This document shows, piece by piece, positions 53,828-64,000 of a DNA stretch of 64,000 nt (positions are counted from its first letter, which is position 1; each line of letters opens with the position of its first letter). The notes under the pieces are model-generated. The model worked only from the letters and a program-made list of their open reading frames with translations, was not told the DNA's origin and did not search any database. Source of the DNA: Octopus vulgaris (taxonomy: Eukaryota); assembly GCA_951406725.2 (NCBI GenBank), contig OX597834.1, positions 18,662,001-18,726,000 on the forward strand, read 5' to 3'. Both the position numbers and the translations under genes were made by a program.

Positions 53828-54233
53828 ATGAGTCTAGCACCATTGAAGGAGTGAATGAAGATGATGTGGATATGTATGAAATTGGCAATTAGCTGCCATA
53901 TGATATAAAGTATTAAATTCTGTATTCATTTTGTCATGTAACATATTTTATCATTGAATTATCAATTATATACTTATTTTCTAACATCCAGGTTTTTTTG
54001 CAGCAAATAATCTAGGTGTTTTATTATTTGAGGAGTGGCAACCCTGATTCACATGTATGTAATTGTGATATGGTATGTTGTTTTTCTTATTCAGTGTAGC
54101 GTGAGACAAAAGCAGGAAGAATAGATTTCAAAAGTTGGGTAGAGAAAGATAAGAAACAGAGAGTGAGAAAAAACATGGGGTGGGGGGAGTGAGTGAGGGC
54201 ATGATAAGGAGATTCAACCAGGAAGATATACTC

Positions 54234-54604
54234 ATTTACTTGTTTCAGTCATCTGACTGTGGTCATGCTGGAGCAACACCTTTAGTCGAGGAAATCGACC
54301 CCGGGACTTATTCTTTGTAAGCCTAGTACTTATTCTATCGGTCTCTTTTGCCGAACTGCTAAGTTTCGGGGACGTAAACACACCAGCATCGGTTGTCAAG
54401 CGATGTTGGGGGGGGGACAAACACAACACACACATATATACGACGGGATTCTTTCAGTTTCCATCTACCAAATCCACTCACAAGGCTTTGGTTGGCCCGA
54501 GGCTATAGTAGGAGACACTTGCCCAAGGTGCCATGCAGTGGGACTGAACCCGGAACCATGTGGCTGGTAAACAAGCTACTTAACACACAGCCACTCCTAC
54601 GCCT
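54234..54604 (-). mobile_element. SINE family A
   Basis: Full-length reverse complement. Confidence 0.9.
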
Positions 54605-54794
54605 ATATGAGTAAAATATTTTTGTTTATGAAGGACTTTTACTAAAATGTTATCTCAAAGAATGACAAAGAAATCCTTGCTAATATTAGCCCCTGGTCGA
54701 ACCGCCCAACCCGTGCTAGCGCGGAAAAGGGACGTTAAACGATTATGATGATGAAGGACTTTTACTAAAATGTTATCTCAATATCAGATAGAGT

Positions 54795-55132
54795 GGAGGC
54801 GCAATGGCCCAGTGGTTAGGGCAGCGGACTCGCGGTTTTGATTCCCAGACCGGGCATTGTGAGCGAAAACACCTAAAGCTCCATGAGGCTCCGGCAGGGG
54901 ATGGTGGTGATCCACAACTTTCTCTCACTCTTACTTCCTGTTTCTGTTGTACATGTATTTCAAAGGGCCGGCCATGTCACTCTGTGTTACGCTGAATATC
55001 CCCGAGAACTACATTAAGGGTGCATGTGTCTGTGGAGTGCTCAGCCACTTACACGTTAATTTCACGAGCAGGCTGTTCCGTTGAATCGGATCAACCGGAA
55101 CCCTCAACGTCATAACCGACGGAGTGCTTCCA
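54795..55132 (+). mobile_element. SINE family C
   Basis: Head and tail intact, internal deletions; ATATCAGAYAG on both flanks. Confidence 0.9.
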
Positions 55133-55510
55133 GTCCATATCAGACAGTAGACTTGCAGCCATGCTGGGGCACCACCTTCAAGGATTTATAGTTGAACGAA
55201 TCAACTCCGGTGCCTTTTTATTCCCTTTAAAGTCTAGTACTTATTCTATCATCCGTTTTGTCAAACGGCCAGGTTACACGGACGTAAAAACACCAACACT
55301 GGTTGTCAAGCGGTGATGGTGGGGGGACAAACACAGACACAAATATATCCCACTTGAGGAGTTTTCTATGCACTGGGAGTTGCATCTGATGTTATTGCAT
55401 TGTCCCACGCTAAGAAGGGAGCAGTGCATGTTGAAGATGAAACAATTGTCGTGGTAATATAAATTTTTATGTCGGTACATTCCGTCTTCCTTTTTTATCT
55501 TTAATATATA

Positions 55511-55877
55511 GGCGCAGGAGTGGCTGTGTGGTAAGTAGCTTGCTAACCAACCACACGGTTCCGGGTTCAGTCCCACTGCGTGGCATCTTGGGCAAGTGTC
55601 TTCTGCTATAGCCCCGGGCCGACCAATGCCTTGTGAGTGGATTTGGTAGACAGAAACTAAAAGAAGCCTGTCGTATATATATGTGTTTGTCCCCCCTAGT
55701 ATTGCTTGACAACCGATGCTGGTGTGTTTACGTCCCCGTCACTTAGCAGTTCGGAAAAAGAGACCGATAGAGTAAGTACTGGGCTTACAAAGAATAAGTC
55801 CCGGGGTCGATTTGCTCGACTAAAGGCGGTGCTCCAGCATGGCCGCAGTCAAATGACTGAAACAAGTAAAAGAGAGA
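55511..55877 (+). mobile_element. SINE family A
   Basis: Full length, short internal microsatellite. Confidence 0.92.
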
Positions 55878-56035
55878 GTATATTAAAGATATATGGATTG
55901 GACCAGAGCTGCACCTGATTTAGCAAGGTTTCTACAGTTGGATACCTTTATGTAGCACCACCACGAGTGCTTTGCACCACCTGAGGGACTGGTCTTAACA
56001 CTTTTGCTGTGACACACAAACATATTTCTTTGTTC

Positions 56036-56438
56036 GGATTGTTTTAGTTTGAACGGCAGTTTTTTCTAGCGGTGTAATATGAAATTGTCACCCATAATTA
56101 TGACCCTAGAATCGATCTATAGCATTTCAATCTCTTTTAGGGTTAGGGGTGGGGGAAGGGTATCTTTTTTTTCTTCACAAATGTAAATAAACCCAATCTG
56201 TTTCTTAAATGAGGGACATATTCATACGGCACAGAATGCTTTTTAACCATATAGACGTCACTGATTGGTTGAAATTGCAGAAAAAAAAACAACAAATATC
56301 TTACAAACTATAGAATTTTCTCAATAAAGCCAAGAGAAAAAGATGTTTTATAAACACATTCTACCAGTATACGAAGTTTAAAATTTTTTAGTTACCTAGA
56401 AATTATGTTAAAAACTGCCGTTCAAACCGAAATGATCC
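56036..56438. mobile_element. Merlin-like MITE (same family as 11965-12376)
   Basis: TIR GGAT...TTTGAACGGCAGTTTTT / AAAAACTGCCGTTCAAA...ATCC; TSD CTTTGTTC/GTTTGTTC. Confidence 0.85.
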
Positions 56439-56775
56439 GTTTGTTCCCTACCACTGCTTGGCAACAAGTGTTGGTGTGTTAACGTCCATGTAACTTAGCA
56501 GTTCAGCAAAACAACTGATAGAATAAGAACCAAGCTTAGAAAAAAAAAAAAAAAAAAGCAAAATGTACTGGGAGCAATTCATTCAACTAAAAATTCTACA
56601 AAGCAGAGCCCCAGCATGTAACACTTACTAAAAAATAAAAGATGTAAGATACAATATCCTACTCTTATGTAGCAGTAGAAACGGAAACTTGCTACTACAC
56701 AACCCTTGAAGCTTTCATGAAACACACCGAAGCAAAGGAAAAGAAAAACAACAAAAGAAAATAAAGTTGATGTAT

Positions 56776-56781
56776 TTTATT
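56776..56781 (-). promoter_or_regulatory. Putative polyadenylation signal of the E2F7/8-like gene (3' UTR ~2 kb)
   Basis: AATAAA (second copy at 56816-56821) followed by a T/GT-rich tract; transposon-free sequence between here and the stop codon. Confidence 0.5.
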
Positions 56782-57220
56782 TCAATAAGAATTCACAAAA
56801 TTTTGCAGCATAGAATTTATTAAAATAAAATATAGTTTTTTGAATTTGATTTTTTAAAAAAGAAATTTGCTGCTATATTTATAAATAATTGCATGAGTAT
56901 CAGTGAAAATGAGGAGTTGACATCACAAATATGAAGTAGACAAAACAAGATGGATATATATATTCATATATGCATAATATGTATATATATATATTATACA
57001 TATTTATATAACACATCTATATGTTTAAATTTTTCCCTTATCACAGAATCTCTTAAGTCAACTTAATGCAAGATACAGAAACACTTTTGGCTGGAACCAA
57101 CCATCAGTGATACTTTTTAATGGAGATGGGTGTAAAAAAATAATAGTTCTCTTTAGGTTAATGAAGGGAAGGGAGAGGAGGGGGGAATGTATACAAATGG
57201 ATCTTTTGAAATGATATGAG

Positions 57221-57252
<32 letters not shown>

Positions 57253-58728
57253 TATACACACATCTAGGTTTTGTGCAAGCTGTTTGACTATAAGACTCTT
57301 TTGAAAAAAGAGAATTAATACGAGTTTGTTATCACAAAGAACATGTCAGAAAATCCACAAACAAGTAAAGGGTGGATGCGATCTCCGCATTTAACCACGT
57401 TCTGGATAGTAAAGGGGAAGGAAAAAAAAAAAATAGGGGGTAACAATATTTTATATAAAAATATCTCTTATAAATAAATACTGATTGATTTGGTTGCCTT
57501 AACAGAACAGAAGATGCTTAAAAATATATGTCTTTGTGAAATTACTTCTCTGGGGAAACGGCAAGATAGATATTCAAATTGGATTAGGGGGCGGAATTAA
57601 CGACAAAAGCGAACTGGTGAAAAGAAAAATGGAATAATAAATTGAAGATGACGATGATGATAATGGCAAAGAGCGATGTGCAACGTGGACATTACAAGGG
57701 AGGTAACACCTATAGTATCATTAATGAAGAGTTGTGTCCCCTTGAAGAGCTCTACTTGTTCACAAAACCGTTGAGTATATTTAGTCAGAGAATTGAAAAT
57801 TTCTCTTGGTACCGTAAAGAAAAAAAAAAAAAATTGCATTTAGTGACTGAGATCTTTAAAATATATCGTTATTGTTTCAGTTTGGAAATTAATCTTTGGA
57901 ACAACCTACGGTCATTAATACTCAACGAAATATATGTAGAATGATTAAAATCAGCAGGAGGGAGAATAACCTCAATATGAGGCGACTTATCACAGTCTAT
58001 ATGGGGGTATATATAATCTGCAAGTTAGATTTGAGAAACCAGAACACATCTACTACACTAAGTCAATCTAACTCAACAGTAAATTTAAAGTGATGACACT
58101 AATTATCTGGTGCATACAACTTTTAGAAAACAACCCACATTTCGCTGTTAACTTTAGCATCATAACCTTAATTACAGAACACTGCTCAGCAGTAACAACA
58201 GTGTAAAGTGCTCAGCTGAACAGGAATACAAGACAGTTATTTCCTTTCATTGGCCAACAATTTAAAAGTAACTTATATATACATATATAAGTATTGCACC
58301 TGTCTGACTGAGGACAGTGGTAGCAAATATTGTAAGAATTGCTGAAGAAAATACTCCTTAAATTCACATTTTTTAAAATCCCAGCTAAAAGGTCTTTTAG
58401 AAAGCAGCTTGGCAGTAGATTATAACATTCAAATAAAATATTATTAGGTAATAAAAAAATATAAATTAACTTTGGATATACTTCATTCTTTTGAGACATC
58501 TGGAATGATAAATACCAGGAAATTCTTTCTTTAATGGCTGACCTCAAGGCAAAAGGAGAATATAAAAGTGACTGATAAAATGATATTTATGATATCACAT
58601 GTTCCAAACAGTTAAAGAGTTAATATTGCATTTACTCTTTCACTGATGGGGTTTATATACATAAACATAGCCCATAACAAGATCCCCTGTAGAAATGGAA
58701 AATGAAAAAGAAGAAGCAAAAATAGAGA

Positions 58729-60227
58729 TTATGGAGACTCAATTAAATTAAGTCGTCGAGCTGCACTGCTAGTACAAACTTGGGGTTTATCTTGTGTCAG
58801 GAGCTGGGGTTTGAAACGTTTTAAGTCAGACATCAAATTAGAATGAGAAGACGAAGGATCTAAGTTGGGGTTTGGTGTATTGCGGAAGAAAGAGTTGGGT
58901 GTGGCAAATGTTAAGTCGTCAAATAATGTACAGGGAGACGGGAAAAAGATCTGGCTGTTAGGGGTTGTTACTTGGTTTGGAAGAGTCATTGGTGTGGGAG
59001 TTTTCAAATGTGAATTACTATTGTTACTTGTAGATTGCACCAACTGAACTGGGGCCAATGTCATGGTGGGCTGGGAGACGGGGAAGGCAACCAAAGTTGG
59101 ACTTGACTGTGGATTGTCAGAGATGGCAATGTTAGATACAGGAGACGAAGTAAATGTTACGGGCATGACAATATGGGGACTGGAAAGCTGGTGCACTTTC
59201 ACAGCCCTTGCAGAGATGCTGGCAAGTGTTGGGGTCATGTCAGTATTGGCATAAGCAAAGCTATTGGTTACTCCAGCAGGACTGGCAGTAACACTAGCCA
59301 CAGCTAACAGAGGGAGCTGTACAACTGAAGAGGTTTGGTTGGAGATATGCATGAGCTTTGGTGTGGTTGGCTGAACATTGCACATGGAATGTTTGTTCAT
59401 ACAGCAGTTGCAGCCACACCCACCTTTAGGGGTAGTAGAAACAGCAGCAGCAGCAGCTGCTGGTAACACAGCCTTGGAAGACTTGTCTTCGGATTCATGA
59501 ACAGGAATGAGAGGTATAGCAAGATCATCGTCAGGAATAACAATGGGACAGTCTGAGTCAGAATATTTAGTAGCTTGAAATTCTGGCTCTAAATGTAAAG
59601 CTCTGTTGGGAGATTGTCGTTTGCTACTCTCAGAACTGCCTGAAGGACTCCTCTGAAGATCAGCAGTTTCATTGTCGTCTTTATAATTTTCTTGAACTCG
59701 CCGCTTTTTCAAAAGTGGCTCGCCTGGCAAGGAGGTGTCTGTTGGTTTTAAATTCTCTGAAACGGCATGCTTTTCTGACTGGTCCGCTGAAGGGGAAGAC
59801 TGAGTCGAGGCATCCACTAACGACGTGGGTAAATTAGAGGCGACTGGAATTGGATCTTTCAAAGATTTTAAAACCGCTTCCATTTGTTTAGCTGTCAGAT
59901 TGCTGTTTGTGGAATGCTTAATTAAAGAATGAGAACATTCTATTCTGGGACTAAGCATCTTAGGAGCTGCCGGGGCAGATGAGCTCTGCGAGATTTTTGA
60001 TGCACAAGTTGAAGCGGTTGTATTACCTGGAATGGGAATGCTAACCTCTGAAATAGCTGTACTAGCAGCAGACCCCTCACTGCAAGAAGCATTTACAGAC
60101 TTAGAAACAGGGGCAGAATGACTGGCATTTGGAAGAACATGATATCCATGTATCTCATTTCCCTTCTGTACAAAGATTATATGCTGGGCACTACTTTCTT
60201 TCCTTTGCTGAATGGACTGGCACCACT
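58729..60227 (-). CDS. E2F7/8: E2F7/8-like atypical E2F, large last coding exon (Ser/Pro/Thr-rich C-terminus)
   Basis: TTTGTTTCAG acceptor at 60228-60229 in phase 1; ~499 open codons; KKRR NLS-like motif, FFRNTP and C-terminal RRLNL motifs reminiscent of E2F7/8 tails. Coding status is secure; the family call rests on short motifs. Confidence 0.8.
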
Positions 60228-60369
60228 CTGAAACAAATAATAACAACAATATTAAAATTTTGGAAATAAAATTCAATTAATAACTTCATAAGAAAATCTA
60301 TCCTACAATAGTACGTGTGATACAAGGTACGCTATAAACAAACTTCAGTTTCGGTTCCTACATCTCTCG

Positions 60370-60695
60370 AAAGCTATTAGTTTTTGTATGTGGCAGATGC
60401 TCAGGAGCAATAAACACTGAAAATGCTCAGAGACCAACTTCCGCCACATTCCAGGGAGAAAAACTAGAAATTGTTGATAGGTTTCGTTACCTAGGTGACC
60501 AAGTCAGTAGCGGGGGTGGGTGTGCTGAAAGTGTAACTGCTAGAGTAAGAATAGCCTGGGCAAAGTTCAGAGAGCTCTTACCTCTGCTGGTGACAAAAGG
60601 CCTCTCGCTCAGAATAAAAGGCAGACTGTATGACGCATGTGTACGAACAGCCATGCTACATGGCAGTGAAACTTGGGCCATGACTGCTGAGGATA
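60370..60695 (+). mobile_element. RTE LINE fragment in E2F7/8 intron
   Basis: LEIVDRFRYLGDQV...ARVRIAWAKFRELLPLL...KGRLYDACVRTAMLHGSETW. Confidence 0.85.
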
Positions 60696-61064
60696 TTTCA
60701 ATATCCCACCGATAAACAAATATTAATCTCAGTCTCTTAAGCTAGAATACTGATCAAATATTGGTTAACAGATTAACTTAACATTGCCCAACAAATGGCA
60801 GCCTTGTCAAATATTAACTCTTCAAGTCCTGTACAATGAGTAGCTGTAACCGCATCATTGTTTTGGGCCATGAAACAGGAACAAAGTACTCTTCTGTTTG
60901 CCAAATACAAAGTTTAACCTCATTTTATTGTTGCCTTTTCAAACATCTTTGGATTTTCTTTCTTGCATTGAAGTTTTGAGCATTATCTCAGGCAAACCTC
61001 AAGCAGTAAGTTAGAATTTGGGAATTTTTCTTTTTTTAAAGTATCACCATTATAAGTATTTATA

Positions 61065-61550
61065 CTCAAGCCTCTTCTCCTCAAAGACATACATCATCTT
61101 GAAAGAGTCCAGAAGCTAGCTACCTGCATGGTTCGTGGTCTAAAGCATTTGTCTTATGAAGAGAGGCTGAAGACGCTCGACCCTTATTCTCTAGAAAAAC
61201 GACGACGCCATGGTGATCTCATTCTTGCTCACAACATTATATGCGGAAAGTGTAACCTCTCGAAAGAGCTGTTCTTCACTCCTGCTCCAGAGCGTCGGCT
61301 GCGGGGTCACTCCGAAAAGCTCTATCTGCAACGATTTCATCTCAATCGAAGGAGATGGGCTTTATCCGTCCGGGTTGCGGATCCGTGGAATAAACTGCCG
61401 GACGAGATAGTGAAGATGCCGACGACCGCTCGGTTCAAAGTCTCTCTTGACCAGAAATGGCCTGAACGCTTTGCATGAACACCCTCCCTGTACATAACTC
61501 CATGTCCCCCTACATGGCCTAGCTTTTTGAGCCAAAAAATTAACTTAACT
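61065..61550 (+). mobile_element. CR1/L2 LINE 3' end in E2F7/8 intron
   Basis: LERVQKLAT.MVRGLKHLSYEERLKTL..YSLEKRR..GDLI...RGHS.KL...RVADPWNKLP. Confidence 0.88.
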
Positions 61551-62060
61551 CCAGTGAAATTAAGAAATCAACTCGTAAATAAACGAAACCCTCGAATCCA
61601 TCACTGTATATACACACACACAGTCGCATATCTATGTACATATTTATGTGTGTTTTAAGATAATCAAATCAAATTTTCATAATTTTAAGCCACTCACACA
61701 GTGAGTATTTCTGCCAAATTTAGTAAAAATCTGTTCGACCATTTTCCAGTAATTTTGCAAACAGACAAAAATGAGTGACTACAATACCCTGCTTTTGCTT
61801 AAGCGTGCAAAGTAATAATAAACAAGCATTATATTTGACAGAGTAACCTGAATGTAGAAGCACTAAAAGCGATGAGGAAATTCTGTGATGTTCATCGCTT
61901 TCCAAAGGATATTCCAAAGTGGAGTAAACAGAAGTTACGTTCACACTAAGTAGTTTTCATGTTAATTGCTTTGAAGCTCAATGTTGACTGAGAAACCATT
62001 TGGCTTGTGATTCTGTGAATTGATACAATACATACAAATACAAAGCAAATTTAAACTTAC

Positions 62061-62204
62061 CAGCCTTATTTTCCTTCAGTGGCGTTGAAGGCTGAGAAAA
62101 CAATTTCGTTCGTTCTTTCTCAGCCACTTCACAAATACTATCAAAAGATGAATGACGAGAGAAGGACTTCTTTGATGTGATGGCGCCATGACAGAATAAA
62201 TCAT
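62061..62204 (-). CDS. E2F7/8: E2F7/8-like atypical E2F, internal exon
   Basis: TTTCAG acceptor, GTAAGT donor, 144 nt, phase 1/1; encodes FSRHSSFDSICEVAEKERTKLFSQPSTPLKEN, resembling the RHxS...S.PS[ST]P block that follows the second DNA-binding domain of E2F7/E2F8. Confidence 0.8.
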
Positions 62205-62431
62205 CTGAAATAAATATTTACATGAAAATTACATCAATTTAATATATTTGGAAAATATTTCATACAATAGAAGAGAAAAAAAAAGAACAAAAGAAAAACA
62301 TTTAAAGCAAGAAAATTTTTTTTAGAAATTTGGAATTCCAAAAAGAAATCAAATTATTTGAGATTTAGCATTAAGAATATGTTCAATTCTAAAAGCAACT
62401 GCAGTAAATAGCAACAATAGAAACGTATTCT

Positions 62432-62826
62432 TTTTTTTACTTGTTTCAGTCATTTGACTGCGGCCGTGCTGGAGCACCGCCTTTAGTTGAGCAAATCGAC
62501 CCTAGGACTTATTCTTTGTAAGCCTACTACTTACTCTATCGGTCTCTTTTGCCGAACCGCTAAGTTACGGGGATGCAAGCACACCAGCATCGGTTGCCAA
62601 ACAATGTTGGGGGGGACAAACACAGACACACACACATATATATATATATGTACATACATATATACGACGGGCTTCTTTCAGTTTCCATCTACCAAATCCA
62701 CTCACAAGGCTTTGGTCGGCCCGAGGCTATAGTAGAAGACACTTGCCCAAGGTGCCACGCAGTGGGACTGAACCCGAAACCATGTGGTTGGTAAGCAAGC
62801 TACTTACCACACAGCCACTCCTGCGC
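62432..62826 (-). mobile_element. SINE family A in E2F7/8 intron
   Basis: Full-length reverse complement. Confidence 0.92.
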
Positions 62827-63575
62827 TTATGCAGATTTCCAAAAGCAGAAATTTACACACATGCATATGCTGGAGTGCAGTTCTCTGTATGCTACACTAT
62901 AACCAATTACACACACACTAATTTCTTGTAGAACAGACTATATAGGTAGACTAGGTCTTGTCCTGCAGTGATGGAACATACAGGCATCACCAGTTGAAAT
63001 TGTATAATTGCAAACTTGCACACTTAGCCACTTCTCTAAACTATGGACATGGAGAAATTCAAGTGACCAAGCAGGCCTTTGCAAGCATAGCACTGGTTAC
63101 CTAGAAAAGTGGTATAAACAAAGCTGGCTGAATTCTGGAACTGGCCAGCAACCCATAGCTTTCTCTTTGCAAACTCCTTTGATAAACCAAGAATTTTACA
63201 GCTTTCCAAGTGAACATGAGTTGACTTTTGACCATCATCATTTAACGACCATTTTCCATGCTTGCATGGGTCAGACGGTTTGAGAGCATCCAGCAAGCTG
63301 CAGGGTTGCACTGAGCTCCAATGTCAGCTTGGGCATGGTGTCTACTGCCGGATGCTCTTCCTAATGCCAACCACTTTACAGTATGTACTGAGTGTTTTTT
63401 TTTATCAAGCCATCAGCGCAAGTGCAGTTGCCAAGTAACTTGCAACACAGAAAACGAACAGGAAAGAGCCCCTTCATCTAAATAGAAGTAGGGTGGGGGG
63501 AGGAATATTTGAGGAGGAGGTGGTTTGTTGAGAAGCTGTTAAGATCTTAAGTTTAACGACAAAACTAAAATGTAC

Positions 63576-63644
63576 CTTGTGATGTCAAGGGACTGTCACC
63601 CTGAAGTCCTGATTTTCCAGGTTTGTTGTTGAGAATATTAGCAA
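63576..63644 (-). CDS. E2F7/8: E2F7/8-like atypical E2F, internal exon
   Basis: Poly-T + CAG acceptor (63645-63646), AAG|GTAC donor; 69 nt, phase 1/1, open frame (xANILNNKPGKSGLQGDSPLTSQ) continuing into the next exon. Upstream exons lie beyond the window. Confidence 0.7.
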
Positions 63645-64000
63645 CTGAAAAAAAAAAAAAAAAAAAGGACATTAACAGAAATATGCTACATTGCAACACA
63701 CAAATCTGTATATTTTTTCTCCAATACAAAAGTGGATAGCTTAACCCTTTCATTACTATATTCCTCTCCAAATACACTACCCTTGTTTTAATTGTGGAAA
63801 TAATAAAGAATTTAATAAAAGAATTGTCATATTAGGCTGATGTTTGATATATAAATTTTGAGAGGAAGATTTGAATCTAAATCACTTTTAAAATGAGAAG
63901 CTTGTATCATAAAACCACTGACAGTCTTAAGTGGGCTAATATAAAGTTTATGGTAGCTACCACAACAAAGCAAGGCACACAAAATGCTGACAAACATTTC

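Larger units (their letters stand above)
50657..54046 (+). mobile_element. Fragmented hAT (Tip100-like) transposon with nested insertions
   Basis: FSSFVDGSSD, GFASDNYSTMMG, LPHSSACVKRIFSQV (hATC-like) in order; right TIR GTGGCAACCCTG at 54035-54046. Confidence 0.75.

Noticed and set aside
60228-60276. Signal-peptide-like start of the 515-aa ORF (MNFISKILILLLLFVS)
   Set aside because: It is the intron polypyrimidine tract upstream of the acceptor at 60228-60229 and begins at a non-ATG codon.

Overview
Repeat-dense, AT-rich eukaryotic genomic DNA, most likely an octopus (inferred from the tRNA-derived SINE families and microsatellite load; not database-checked). It holds two intron-containing protein genes on the minus strand. 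One is a complete 4-coding-exon GAPR-1/GLIPR2-like CAP-domain gene (216 aa, 28114->21857). The other is the last three coding exons of an atypical E2F7/8-like gene (63644->58729). There is also one intact tRNA-Asn(GTT). The rest is SINEs (3-4 families), decayed mariner/Tc1/pogo/hAT transposons, MITEs, LINE fragments (RTE, CR1/L2, RLE-type) and microsatellites; nearly all ORFs in the supplied track are artefacts of these. The most interesting signal is non-coding: several hammerhead-ribozyme (HHR) motifs in short elements inserted in (TA)n runs. They include a canonical HHR in a 534-nt unit bounded by direct repeats (retrozyme/Penelope-like) and a two-copy HHR-like fold with a compensatory G3-C8 core swap. 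Other observations are a duplicated putative promoter/first exon (or recursive splice point) for the CAP gene, a 79-bp minisatellite born from a SINE tail, and a probable ~4.7-kb inversion that split a SINE. All RNA structures were paired by eye, not computed.
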